Shown in pieces: positions 1 through 11,262 of a DNA stretch of 64,000 nucleotides. Made by a program: the position numbers and the translations under genes. Origin of the DNA: an uncultured delta proteobacterium (GTDB taxonomy: Bacteria > Myxococcota > Myxococcia > SLRQ01); contig CAVSGM010000003.1 in assembly GCA_963727485.1 (NCBI GenBank), forward strand, positions 512,001 through 576,000, in the 5' to 3' direction. The notes beneath the pieces were generated by a model. The model was not told the DNA's origin. It saw only the letters and a program-made list of their open reading frames with translations, and did not search any database. The stretch's first letter is position 1. Each line of letters starts with the position of its first letter.

Positions 1-266
1 CGGCCCTGGAGGATGGAGATGGCGTGGTCGCGCGTCGCCCGGCCCCCGTCGTCCTGGTAGAGCCTGGGGTAGGCGTGGGCCTCCTGCATGTCGAACTCGG
101 CGCGGGTGTGGTAGCCGCCGGCCTCGAGGACCACCACCGAGAGGCCCCGCTCGGCGAGGCCCGCGGCGAGGACCGCGCCGCCTGCGCCGGAGCCGATGAC
201 GCACACGTCCGGGGCGAGGGTCCGGTCGCCCTTGACCTCGCGGCCGTGGACGAAGGCGCCGGTCAC
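1..266 (-). CDS. GMC family oxidoreductase, N-terminal part (runs off window start)
   Basis: Not in ORF track. GTG at 266 overlaps the TGA of the upstream gene (GTGA); translates VTGAFVHGREVKGDRTLAPDVCVIGSGAGGAVLAAGLAERGLSVVVLEAGG with the FAD-binding GxGxGG motif. Confidence 0.85.
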   Translation of the reverse strand, partial: MTGAFVHGREVKGDRTLAPDVCVIGSGAGGAVLAAGLAERGLSVVVLEAGGYHTRAEFDMQEAHAYPRLYQDDGGRATRDHAISILQG

Positions 267-820
267 GGCGTGGCCCCCGCCGCCGGGACCATCCCCGACA
301 CGTCCGGGGGGCCCGGGTAGCCCACCGCCGCGTAGGTCGCCGGGGTGGCGTAGTAGGCGGCGAGCACCAGCGACCGGATGACCTTGTAGGCGCTGCGCCG
401 GAGCGCGAGGCGGCTGTCGCGCCACCCGAGGAGCACCCGGTCCTGGCGCGCCGGGTCGAGGCGGGTGAAGGGCACCAGGCGCCCGTCGAGGAGCAGGCCC
501 GGCAGCGCGTTCTCCAACAGGTGCAGCACCCGCGTGAGGTCCCGCTGGTCCGCGTCCTCGAGGCGGGAGACCACCGTGTCGATGTGCTCCACCACGTGCA
601 CCGCCCTCGGCCGGGGGAAGCCCGGCTTCGGGGGCACCAAACGGTCGGCCACCGCCGAGAGGACCGAGTAGCTCTCCAGGTCCAGGGCCTCGAGCCGGGC
701 CTGGGGCTTCGTCCGCTTCCCCTTCTCCGCCGCGAGGCCGGCGCCGCCCCCGAGGGCGAGGATCGCACCCCCGAGAAGCCCGCGACGGATCCAGGTCCGC
801 CGGCTCATCCGCCCGGCCAT
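263..820 (-). CDS. Gluconate 2-dehydrogenase subunit 3-like Tat-signal protein, partner of the GMC oxidoreductase
   Basis: SRRTWI twin-arginine-like N-terminus; PFTRLDPARQDRVL and AYY...VGYPGP C-terminus; coupled to the GMC gene. Confidence 0.75.
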   Translation of the reverse strand: MAGRMSRRTWIRRGLLGGAILALGGGAGLAAEKGKRTKPQARLEALDLESYSVLSAVADRLVPPKPGFPRPRAVHVVEHIDTVVSRLEDADQRDLTRVLHLLENALPGLLLDGRLVPFTRLDPARQDRVLLGWRDSRLALRRSAYKVIRSLVLAAYYATPATYAAVGYPGPPDVSGMVPAAGATP

Positions 821-909
821 GCCCCAAGGGTACGCCTCGGCGGGCGCCCCGGGGAGCCCCCTGGCCCGAGGCGGCCGGGACCCCTAGCGTTCGGGCGGAG
901 AGGAGGTCC

Positions 910-1323
910 GTGTTGAAGACGATCCACATGATGCTCACCCGGCTCGGCCCCGGCGCCGCCGAGCGTCCCCAGGACTACGTGGCCCTCTGGCGGCGGGTGA
1001 AGGTCCGCATCGACGCCGAGGTCCCCGACGTCGACTGGCGCATGAGCTACGCCGTCGGTGGCGGCTGGGACTACGTCGACGTCCTCGAGACCCCGGACAC
1101 CGAGAGCGCCCTGAAGGTGGCCGCCCTCATCCGCACCCTCGCCGGGGCCGAGGTCGAGCTGTGGCCGGCGACCCCCTGGCCGCGGTTCAAGCACCTGGTG
1201 GCGCCCCACCGGGAGGTCGACGTGGTCCAGGAGGCCGGCGCCGGGAGCTTCCCCGCCAGCGATGCCCCCGCCTTCAGCCAGATGATCACCGGCACCCACG
1301 CGACCTCGCCCGGGCCCACGTAA
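910..1323 (+). CDS. GYD domain protein with C-terminal SFPASD motif
   Basis: SYAVGGGWDYVDVLETPD...ALKVAALIRTL matches the GYD family pattern; SD-like GAGGAGG upstream. Confidence 0.7.
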   Translation: MLKTIHMMLTRLGPGAAERPQDYVALWRRVKVRIDAEVPDVDWRMSYAVGGGWDYVDVLETPDTESALKVAALIRTLAGAEVELWPATPWPRFKHLVAPHREVDVVQEAGAGSFPASDAPAFSQMITGTHATSPGPT

Positions 1324-1362
1324 GCCCCGTGGCCCCTGGCCAAAGACGGCGGCTGCGCTAGG

Positions 1363-2376
1363 GTGACGGCCCCGGAGCGCGAGATGGCAGACGACGGATT
1401 CCAGGCGCTGGTGGTGCGCCAGCAGGCGGACGCGGTCACCGCCGCGGTGGAGACCCTCCACGACGCGGACCTCGAGGCCGACCCGGTCCCGGTGGCGGTG
1501 CGCTACTCGTCCCTGAACTACAAGGACGGCCTGGCGCTGGCCGGGAAGAACAAGGTGGTGCGCCGCTACCCCATGGTCCCGGGCGTGGATCTCGTGGGCG
1601 AGGTCCTCGAGGACGCCGGGGGCTTCGAGCAGGGCCAGCAGGTGATCTGCACCGGCTTCGGCCTCGGGGAGAAGCACTTCGGCGGCTTCAGCCAGCGGGC
1701 GCGCCTCAAGCCCGAGTGGCTGGTGCCGCTCCCGGACGGCATGTCGCCCCACACCGCCATGGTCATCGGCACCGCCGGGCTGACCGCCATGCTCTGCGTC
1801 ATGGCCCTCGAGGAGGCCGGCGTCACCCCGGAGCGCGGGCCGGTGATCGTCAGCGGCGCCTCGGGCGGGGTGGGGAGCCTGGCGGTGGCGCTGCTGGGTC
1901 GCCAGGGCTTCGAGATCACCGCCGTCACCGGCAAGCCCGAGAGCCACAATCGCCTGCGCGCCCTGGGCGCCACCGCCTTCCGGTCGCGCGACGAGGCCGG
2001 CGCCGAGGCCAGGCCCCTCGAGTCCCGGCAGTGGGCCGGGGCGGTGGACACGGTGGGCGGGCCCATCCTCGCGCGCATCCTCGCCGAGATGGGCCAGGGC
2101 GGGGCGGTGGCCGCCTGCGGCAACGCCGGGGGCATGGGCCTTTCGACCACGGTGCTCCCCTTCATCCTCCGGGCGGTGCGCCTCCAGGGGGTGGAGTCGG
2201 TCATCTGCCCGGTCGACCGCCGCCGGGTCGCCTGGGACCGCCTCGCCCGGGAGCTCCCGGACGACGCCCTGGAGCAGGTCGCCCACGAGGCGTCCCTCGC
2301 CGACGTCCCCGAGCTCGCCGACGCCATCCGCCACGGCCGCGTCGAGGGCCGGGTGGTCGTCGACCCCAACGCCTGA
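1363..2376 (+). CDS. acuI: Acrylyl-CoA reductase AcuI/YhdH (MDR quinone oxidoreductase family); start may be ATG 1384
   Basis: YSSLNYKDGLA, PGVDL, IGTAGLTAM, SGASGGVGS, PFILRAVRLQGVES motifs. Confidence 0.85.
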   Translation: MTAPEREMADDGFQALVVRQQADAVTAAVETLHDADLEADPVPVAVRYSSLNYKDGLALAGKNKVVRRYPMVPGVDLVGEVLEDAGGFEQGQQVICTGFGLGEKHFGGFSQRARLKPEWLVPLPDGMSPHTAMVIGTAGLTAMLCVMALEEAGVTPERGPVIVSGASGGVGSLAVALLGRQGFEITAVTGKPESHNRLRALGATAFRSRDEAGAEARPLESRQWAGAVDTVGGPILARILAEMGQGGAVAACGNAGGMGLSTTVLPFILRAVRLQGVESVICPVDRRRVAWDRLARELPDDALEQVAHEASLADVPELADAIRHGRVEGRVVVDPNA

Positions 2377-2441
2377 CGCCCGTACACCTTCAGACCCACG
2401 CACCCGGATCCACGCACCTCGACAGAGAAGGAGAACGAAAG

Positions 2442-3272
2442 ATGGAGCTCGTCACCGGCTGGATGGACATCGAGAGCGACGGCCACACCGTCCGCGCCTA
2501 CCACGCCCGCCCCGAGTCGGCGTCCACCCCGCTCCCGGCGATCCTGGTGATCCAGGAGATCTGGGGCGTCGACGCCCACATCCAGGACCTCACCCGGCGC
2601 TACGCCGAGGCGGGCTACGTCGCCGTGGCCCCGGACCTCTACGCCGACAGCGGCATCCGCCCCGAGCCGCTCTCCGACGCCCGGGTCGCCGAGTGCAAGG
2701 CGTTCCTCAACACCCTGCCGCCTTCGGCCTGGCACGACGAGGCCGCGCGCGCCGCGGAGATCGCCAAGCTCCCCCAGCCGAGGCGCATCCGGGTGGGCGA
2801 GACCATGGGACGCCTCCTCGGTGGCGACCGGCCCATGGGCCGGTGGCTCGAGGAGCTCTCGGCGGTGGTGAGCTTCCTCGGCGGCTGGCAGCCGACCCAG
2901 GGTCGCAAGGTCGGCTCGGTGGGCTACTGCATGGGCGGCGGCCTCTCGGCGGCGCTCGCCACCACCGAGCCGCGCCTGGCCGCGGCCGCGATCTTCTACG
3001 GCGTCGCCCCGGCCGAGGACGCGATGAAGGCCATCGCCTGCCCGGTGATGGGCTTCTACGGCGGTGACGACGCGCGGATCACGGACGGGGTCCCGGCGTT
3101 CAAGGCCGCCATGGAGAAGGCCGGGAAGTCCTACGAGGCCCACGTCTACCCGGACACCCCCCACGCCTTCTTCAACGACACCCGGGTGAGCTACCGGGTG
3201 GAGGCGGCGCGGGACGCCTGGAGCCGGGTGCTGCGGCTGTTCGCCGAGAACCTCACGCCCGCGGCGGCGTAG
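2442..3272 (+). CDS. Dienelactone hydrolase family protein
   Basis: IQEIWG, APDLY, GYCMGG nucleophile, HAFFND; SD AAGGAG before ATG 2442 (the track start at 1716 is over-extended). Confidence 0.9.
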   Translation: MELVTGWMDIESDGHTVRAYHARPESASTPLPAILVIQEIWGVDAHIQDLTRRYAEAGYVAVAPDLYADSGIRPEPLSDARVAECKAFLNTLPPSAWHDEAARAAEIAKLPQPRRIRVGETMGRLLGGDRPMGRWLEELSAVVSFLGGWQPTQGRKVGSVGYCMGGGLSAALATTEPRLAAAAIFYGVAPAEDAMKAIACPVMGFYGGDDARITDGVPAFKAAMEKAGKSYEAHVYPDTPHAFFNDTRVSYRVEAARDAWSRVLRLFAENLTPAAA

Positions 3273-3352
3273 GCGGGTGCGCTCCTGGGTCGGGGCTGCG
3301 GCCCTGGCCCCCTCCGTGCTAGAAGAGCCGTTTCCGCCAGCACGGAGACCGC

Positions 3353-4759
3353 ATGGGCGCCATCGCACGGCTCAAGGAACATCCCAAGGGGTTCTGGTTC
3401 GTCTTCTGGGGCGAGCTCGCGGAGCGCGCGTCGTTCTACGGGATGCGGACCATCCTGGCCCTCTATCTCATCCAGGTCCTGGGCTTCCACCAGTCGAGCG
3501 GCGCCGCGGTGATGCAGTTCTTCATCGCCGCCGCCTACGTGGCGCCGCTCCTCGGGGGATGGATCGCCGACCGCTGGCTCGGTCGGTACAAGACGATCCT
3601 CTACTTCTCTGGGCCCTACATCCTCGGGCACATCATCCTCGGTGGCATCCAGAGCCGCTGGGCGATGTACACGGCGCTGGTGCTTCTGGCCCTGGGCTCG
3701 GGATCGATCAAGCCCAACACCTCGACCCTGATGGGCAAGATCTACGAGAAGCACAAGAAGGAGCTGCTCCTCACCGAGGCCTTCAGCTACTTCTACGCGG
3801 CCATCAACATCGGTGCGGCCATCACCAGCCTCGGCCTGCCGAAGGTGCGCGAGTACTTCGGCTACCCCACCGCCCTGATGATCCCGGCGGTGCTGATGGC
3901 GGTGGCCTTCGTCGTCTTCGCGGTGGGCAAGCGCCACTACCCCGAGGACAAGCCCGAGCCCCATCGCGTGGTCGACCCCACCACCCGGGCCGCGCGCCGG
4001 GAGACCCTCCGGCGCATCGCGCCGATCTTCGCCCTCATCGCCGTGTTCTGGTTCGTCTACGATCAGTCCGCGTCCACGTGGATCTACCTGGCGATGAGCC
4101 ACCTGGACCGGCAGCTCTTCGCCTTCCTCGGCGGCGTCGACGTGAAGCAGCTCGCGGGTCTGCCCCACTGGCTGGTGCTGGTGCTCACCCCGGTGTGGCA
4201 CCTCCTGCACTACCTGAGCGGCGTGAAGATCACGGCCGACCAGATTCAGGGCCTCAACCCGGTCTTCATCCTCCTCCTCACCCCGATGTTCAACGCCCTG
4301 TGGGAGGGCTGGAAGAAGCGTCGGGACGGCGTGCCGGTGGCCGACACCACCAAGATGCTCATCGGCTTCGGGATCGTTCTCGTCTGCATGGGCAGCATGG
4401 CGGTCGTCGGCTTCCTCACCGAGGTCGGTCAGCCCACGGTGTGGTGGGAGATCGTCGCCACCTTCGTCATCACCCTCTCCGAGCTGTGCATCAGCGTGGT
4501 GGGCCTGGAGTTCGCCTACACCCAGGCGCTCCCGGGGACCAAGTCCACGGTGACCGCGGCGTTTCTGTTCACCGTGTTCGTTGGCGACTTCTCCGGGGGC
4601 TTCTTCGACAAGCTCTACGGCACGGTGCTCAAGCCCGGACCGTACTTCCTGGTGCAGACCGCGGTGGTGGCGGTGGCGGCGGCCCTCTTTGTGGTGGTGG
4701 CCCGGCGGTTCAACCGGGATACCGGGGCCGAGCCCGAGGAGCCGGCGATCGCCGCCTGA
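3353..4759 (+). CDS. POT/PTR family proton-dependent oligopeptide transporter (MFS)
   Basis: ELAERASFYG (ExxER-type) motif, GSGSIKPN, FYAAINIG, many TM helices. Confidence 0.9.
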   Translation: MGAIARLKEHPKGFWFVFWGELAERASFYGMRTILALYLIQVLGFHQSSGAAVMQFFIAAAYVAPLLGGWIADRWLGRYKTILYFSGPYILGHIILGGIQSRWAMYTALVLLALGSGSIKPNTSTLMGKIYEKHKKELLLTEAFSYFYAAINIGAAITSLGLPKVREYFGYPTALMIPAVLMAVAFVVFAVGKRHYPEDKPEPHRVVDPTTRAARRETLRRIAPIFALIAVFWFVYDQSASTWIYLAMSHLDRQLFAFLGGVDVKQLAGLPHWLVLVLTPVWHLLHYLSGVKITADQIQGLNPVFILLLTPMFNALWEGWKKRRDGVPVADTTKMLIGFGIVLVCMGSMAVVGFLTEVGQPTVWWEIVATFVITLSELCISVVGLEFAYTQALPGTKSTVTAAFLFTVFVGDFSGGFFDKLYGTVLKPGPYFLVQTAVVAVAAALFVVVARRFNRDTGAEPEEPAIAA

Positions 4760-4795
4760 TCCCGGGGGCGGCCTGGAGCTGCTAGGCTCGGGGCC

Positions 4796-5878
4796 ATGCG
4801 TGCCCTCGCCGGTGTCGCCCTCGGGGCGCTCCTCGTCGCCTGCGGCGGGGGCGGGGTCGTGGGCGGCGACGGCGGCGTCCCCGGTGACGACGGCGGCACC
4901 GCTGCCACCGACGGCGGCCAGGCCGGCACCGACGGCGGCACCCCCAGCTGCCCCGCGGGCATCGTCTGCGTCGACCACCTGCCGTTCCGGGCGACGGGCG
5001 ACACCTCGACCCTGCCCCCGGGGATCCTCGACCACTACGCCTGCGCCCCCGCCACCGACGAGTCGGGACCCGAGCAGGTCTACCGGGTGCAGCTCTCGGC
5101 CAACGCCTTCCTCTCCGCGGCGGTCCACGACGGCGCCGGCGTCGACGTGGACGTGCACCTCCTCTCGGCCCTCGATCCCAGCGCGTGCCTCGACCGGGGC
5201 GACCATGACGCCCGCGCCGACGTCGCCGCCGGAATCTACTACGTCGTCGTCGACACCTTCGTGAGCGGCGGCACCGTCCACAGCGGGCCCTACGAGGTGG
5301 ACATCGGCGCCCTCGAGCCCTCGGTGGGCCCCTGCGAGATGCAGACGGGCACCCTGCCCCGGGTCGGCGACGGCGGGAACCACCTCGCCATGCCCGCCAC
5401 CGGGCCGGTGGTCGAGGAGGCGCACCTGGTGACCCAGGACGAGCCGGCGCCGTACCCCACCACGGCCACCGAGAACCTGGAGCGCCACTACCGGCTAAGC
5501 GAGGACACCACCGGCCTCGTGATGTACCGGACCCAGCCCTGGGCGCCGCTGGAGGGCGGGAGCTACTACGGCGCGGGGATCTGGCCGGCGTCGTACCTGC
5601 CGACCCTCGACGAGGGCTGGTACCTCAACATGTACTGGACCGCGAGCGCGCGGCCGCCGCGGGGGACGCGGATGATCGTCCGCGACCCGAGCGGGGGCCC
5701 ACGGGCGGTGGTGGTCGCCGCCGGGTACGAGACCGGGCCGGGGAACCTGGCGCACATCGCCGGGGTCCCCGAGGAGGTCCACTTCTACCTGGGCACCACG
5801 CACCTCGATCCCCTGACCGTGGGCCTCGCCGTGGACCCGTCCCTGCCGCTGGGCCCGCGGGTGTGCACCTCGCCGTAG
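4796..5878 (+). CDS. Lipoprotein with a PPC-like domain and a C-terminal RlpA/DPBB-like domain
   Basis: Lipobox LLVAC, G/D-rich linker, ESGPEQVY..DVDVHLL segment, GTRMIVRDP...RAVVVAAGYETGP. Confidence 0.6.
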   Translation: MRALAGVALGALLVACGGGGVVGGDGGVPGDDGGTAATDGGQAGTDGGTPSCPAGIVCVDHLPFRATGDTSTLPPGILDHYACAPATDESGPEQVYRVQLSANAFLSAAVHDGAGVDVDVHLLSALDPSACLDRGDHDARADVAAGIYYVVVDTFVSGGTVHSGPYEVDIGALEPSVGPCEMQTGTLPRVGDGGNHLAMPATGPVVEEAHLVTQDEPAPYPTTATENLERHYRLSEDTTGLVMYRTQPWAPLEGGSYYGAGIWPASYLPTLDEGWYLNMYWTASARPPRGTRMIVRDPSGGPRAVVVAAGYETGPGNLAHIAGVPEEVHFYLGTTHLDPLTVGLAVDPSLPLGPRVCTSP

Positions 5879-5902
5879 GGACGCGGGCGCGGGCGACCGG
5901 GC

Positions 5903-8141
5903 CTACGGCCGGATCCGGAAGAGCGCCGCGGTGGCGTCCTCGCGCAGCCACACGAAGTGCCGCGGGTCGGCGCGCACCCGCGAGAGGAGCAGCTGGTCCA
6001 CCTCCTGGTCCACCAGCACGTAGTCCGCGTGGAAGAGCCGGTGCATCGCCTGGGGCAGGGTGAGCCACTGACCGGCGTGGCCCGGGCGGGGATCGGCGAG
6101 GCGCGTGTGGCCGTCGCCGATGGCCACGTAGACCCGGGCGAGCTCCCCGGGCTCCAGGCCGTCCTCGGTGGCGTCGACCATGTAGCGCGGGTCGAGGTCG
6201 ACCAGGTAGCGCTGGCGCAGATCGTAGTGGATGAGCTGCGCCGTCGCCGACCACGACGACTCGAAGACCTGGGCGCCGTCGGGGAGGTGGCTGCGCATCC
6301 ACAGGGCGCTGGCCCGGTAGGGCGCCGGGCCCACTCCGTCGTAGGTGGTCCCCAGCCCGATCCACAGGCGCACCCCGACCACCGCGCCGACCAGGCCGGC
6401 GACGGGGACGAGGACTCGCAGCCGGCGGCGGGGCAGGGCGGCGAGGCGCCGGTGGACCCCGGCCCGGCGCAGATCGTCGACGGCCAGCGCCAGGGTCAGG
6501 GCGAAGAAGGGCGCCAGGTACTCGGCGAAGCGCTCGCTGCGCAGGAAGAGCACCGTCCACGCGAGCGAGAGCGCCAGGGCCTGCACCGTGAACCGCCGGG
6601 GCCGCGTCCGGCCGAAGCGGTAGCCGGCGAGGAGCACCATCGCCGCGCCCCACAGCGGGAAGAGCATGAGGAGCACGTGGCTCGAGGGCGGCTTGAACTC
6701 CATCCCCGTGGTCAGCCCCGGCACCTGGGAGAGCAGGGGCACCTGGAGGAAGTGGCGCAGCACCCTCGCCACCGGCGCCAGGAACGACGCCGAGCCGATG
6801 TTGAGGTTGACGATGCCCAGGAGGCGCAGGTCGTTCGCCGCGTTGGGGTGCACCGCCACCCCCAGGACCACGCCGACGACCGCGCCGGCGAGCGGCGCCG
6901 CCAGGGCGCGCAGGGGCGGACGACGCCGGGCGACCAGCTCCCCGGCGAGATCCACCGCGACCGCGATCCCCACCAGTACCACCAGGGCCTCCGGCGCCGC
7001 GTAGGTCAGGGCGTAGGCGGCGCCGAGGACCACCAGGGCCACGAACCGCCGGCGGCTGGCGAGGTGCAGGCCCAGGAGCAGGAGCGCCATGGAGTGGCAG
7101 CTGGGCCCGGACCATGGAGAAGCGCCAGGAGAAGGCGTCGGCGGCGAGCAGCAGGAAGAGCGGCCCGAGGACTGCGAAGGGGACCTGCTCCTCGGCGAGG
7201 ATCCAGATGAGGGCGGCGAAGACCAGGACCTGGAGGAACGCCAGGGCCAGCCGGCCCCTTTGGACCAGGGTGTCGGGGCCCAGCAGCGGGTGGGGCACCC
7301 GGAGCCGGGCGGGGAGGGCGGACGGGTCGGCGTGGTGCGCTTGGAGCCAGGCGGCCAGCGCCGCGGCGTGATCGTGGTCGGCGTCGACGAAGCCCCGGTC
7401 GTCCTCGAGGCTGGCGGCGCCGAGGGTGGGCACCAGCCCTCCGCCGTCGAGCCAGGTCACCGAGAAGGATCGGGCCGCGTCGCCGGCCCCGGGCGCCAGG
7501 TCCACCGTCCCCGCGCTCGCCGTCCCCTCGAGGAGGGTGACCGGGCCGGCGGGCGTTGCGGCGGGGACGCGGGCCCGGCCCCGGCCCAGATCCACCAGCA
7601 CCCCCGCGGCCCCAGGCGCCGACACCCGGAACCCGGCGGCCAGCGGCGCCGCGCGATCGTCGCGCACCAGGCGCCCGGTGGCGCGCCGGCCGTCGACGGA
7701 GGTGACGACCAGGCGCCCCACCACCGGCAGGCCCCGGGCGGGGCGGACCTCGAGCACCGTCCCCGGCACCACCGCGGACCCGGCGTCGAGGCGCACCGAC
7801 GGCGTCCCGAGGGCCACCACCTCCCCGGTGCGTACCGGCGGCGCGCGCCACCCGGCGGTGAACGGCGCCACCGCCAGGTGGAAGAGGTACTCGATGTCCG
7901 CCCAGTGCCGGTGGAAGACCGAGGCGGTGGTCCAGGGGAAGCGCCCATCGGCGAAGGCGGCGGGGCCCTGGGTCGCGTACCGGTTGGCCACCCGCACGTG
8001 GTAGTAGCCGTCGATGCCCACCAGGTAGGTCGGGGTGCAGCGCAGCACGAAGACCGTCCACCCGGCCCAGAGCGCCAGGAAGACGAGGGCCCGGCGCCGC
8101 CACCGCCGCCTGGGACCCGGCGTGCCGTGGGGCCGGTGCAT
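5903..8141 (-). CDS. Polytopic membrane protein, probable GT-C-type glycosyltransferase; one frameshift near 7095
   Basis: First TM followed by DGYYH and FPW motifs; joins ORF 5903..7090 with many TMs, RSERFAEY and a periplasmic C-terminus. Confidence 0.6.
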
Positions 8142-8287
8142 CGACCGAGGATAGCGGCATCGGCGGCCGCGCGAAAAGCGCCCACCTCCCCCGAACCGAA
8201 GGTGGCGGCGTGCCCCCATGGGAGTATCCTCTGGCCGCCGGTGCGCGCGTGGCGCCGGCGCACGAGACACCAGGGAGGACAGCGGCG

Positions 8288-9382
8288 ATGGGCATCGCAG
8301 GGTGGAGGGGTCCGAAGGGCGTGGGGCTGGCGCTCCTCGCGGTGGTGATGGCCGCCTCGGCAACCGGCTGCCGGGAGAAGACCGCCGGTGGCCGGCTCAC
8401 CGCCTACGGCACCGTGGAGGTGCGCCAGGTCGACGTGGCCTCCCGGGTCGGGGGGAAGGTCTCCCAGGTCCTGGTGGACGAGGGCGACCAGGTGAAGGCG
8501 GGCCAGCCGCTGGTGCGCTTCGACCTCCCCGAGCTCGTGGCCCAGGAAGACCAGGCGAAGGCCGCGGTCGAGGCCGCCGAGGCCCAGCTGGCGCTGCTGA
8601 AGGCCGGGGCCCGGTACCAGGACATCCAGGCCGCCGAGAAGGCCCTCTCCGCGGCGCAGATCCGCCAGGCCGCGGCCAAGCGCGAGGTGGTGCGGGTCAA
8701 GGCGCTGGTCGCCGGGAAGGTCGTCGCCTCCCAGCGCCTCGACGACGCCAGCACCGCCGTCGAGCTCGCCGAGAGCGAGGTCGCCGCGCGGAAGGCCCAG
8801 CTCTCCAAGCTTCGCGCCGGCGCGCGCAGCCAGCAGATCGCCGCCGCCGAGGCCGCCGTGGGCCAGGCGAAGGCCGCCCTGGAGGCGGTGAAGGCCCACC
8901 TGGTGGACCAGCAGCTCGACGCTCCCACCGCGGGCATCGTCCTCCACCGCCTCACCGAGCCCGGCGAGGTCGCCCGCCCCGGGGCGCCGCTGCTGGTCAT
9001 CGGCGAGGTGGCCAGGCCGTATCTCGACGTCTACGTCCCCGAGCCGAGGATCGGCGAGGCGGAGGTCGGGGCCAAGGTCGAGGTCCACCCCGACGCCTTC
9101 CCCCAGGACGTCCTCCATGGCCTGGTGCGCAACGTCGCCGACGAGGCCGAGTTCACCCCCAAGAACGTCCAGACCTCAGACCAGCGGGCGCGGCTGGTGT
9201 TCCGGGTGCGCGTCGACGTCGCCGACCCCGAGCACAAGCTGCGACCGGGGATGCCCGCCGAGGCGACCTTCCCCCCCAAGGGCACGCAGATCACCCCGCC
9301 CACCGCGCCCCCGGTGAAGCCGGCGCCCGTGGCCGCGCCCACCGAGCCCGGCGGCGCCGGGGCCTCGGACGGCGGGCGATGA
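8288..9382 (+). CDS. HlyD family membrane fusion protein (YbhG-like)
   Basis: GTVEVRQVDVASRVGGKV, coiled coil, AEFTPKNVQT, LRPGMPA. Confidence 0.9.
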   Translation: MGIAGWRGPKGVGLALLAVVMAASATGCREKTAGGRLTAYGTVEVRQVDVASRVGGKVSQVLVDEGDQVKAGQPLVRFDLPELVAQEDQAKAAVEAAEAQLALLKAGARYQDIQAAEKALSAAQIRQAAAKREVVRVKALVAGKVVASQRLDDASTAVELAESEVAARKAQLSKLRAGARSQQIAAAEAAVGQAKAALEAVKAHLVDQQLDAPTAGIVLHRLTEPGEVARPGAPLLVIGEVARPYLDVYVPEPRIGEAEVGAKVEVHPDAFPQDVLHGLVRNVADEAEFTPKNVQTSDQRARLVFRVRVDVADPEHKLRPGMPAEATFPPKGTQITPPTAPPVKPAPVAAPTEPGGAGASDGGR

Positions 9383-10310
9383 GCGAGCTCCCGGCGCTGG
9401 CGCTGGACGACGCGCGCCTCGCCTTCGGCCACGTCACCGCCCTCGACGGCATGAGCTTCGAGGTGCGCCAGGGCGAGATGTTCGGCCTGGTGGGCCCCGA
9501 CGGCGCCGGGAAGACCACCAGCATCCGGGTGCTCCTCGGCCTGCTCACCCTCGACGGGGGCACGGCCCGGGTCCTGGGTCACGACCCGGTCACCGAGAGC
9601 GCCCTGGTGAAGCCCGAGGTCGGCTACCTCTCCCAGCGCTTCACCCTCTACGGCGACCTCACGGTGAAGGAGAACATCGAGTTCTTCGGGGAGGTCCACG
9701 GGGTGAAGGACATCGCCCCCCGCCGGGACCGGCTGCTCGGCTTCACCCGCCTCGACCGGTTCCAGTCCCGGCGCGCCGACCGACTCTCCGGGGGGATGCA
9801 GAAGAAGCTGGCGCTGGCCTGCACCCTCATCCACACCCCCAAGGTGCTCTTCCTCGACGAGCCCACCACCGGCGTCGACCCCATCAGCCGCCGGGAGTTC
9901 TGGGAGCTCTTGTCGGAGCTGCTCCTCGAGGGCCTCTCGGTGCTCCTCACCACACCGTATCTCGACGAGGCCGAGCGCTGCAGCCGGGTGGCGCTGGTGC
10001 GCGCCGGCCACACGCTGGCCTGCGACACCCCGGCGGCCCTGCGCGCGAGCCTGGGGCTCCAGGTGGTGGAGGTGGTCTGCGAGCCGGTCCGCCTCGCCCG
10101 GGACCTCCTCGAGGCCGAGCCCGGGCGGGTCGCCGAGGTGCAGCTCTTCGGCGACCGCCTCCACCTCTTCCCCACGCGCGTCGACGACGACCTCGCCGAC
10201 CTGGTCCACCGGCTCCCCGGGGTGAAGGTCACCTCGGTGCGCCAGCTCGACCCCTCCCTGGAGGACGTGTTCATCCGCCGGGTCGAGGAGGCGGAGCGGG
10301 CGGAGGCCGG

Positions 10311-10314
<4 letters not shown>
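9379..10314 (+). CDS. ABC transporter ATP-binding protein (YbhF-like, first NBD)
   Basis: GPDGAGKTT, LSGGM, LDEPTTGVDP; ATGA overlap with the upstream gene. Confidence 0.92.
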
Positions 10315-11258
<944 letters not shown>

Positions 11259-11262
<4 letters not shown>

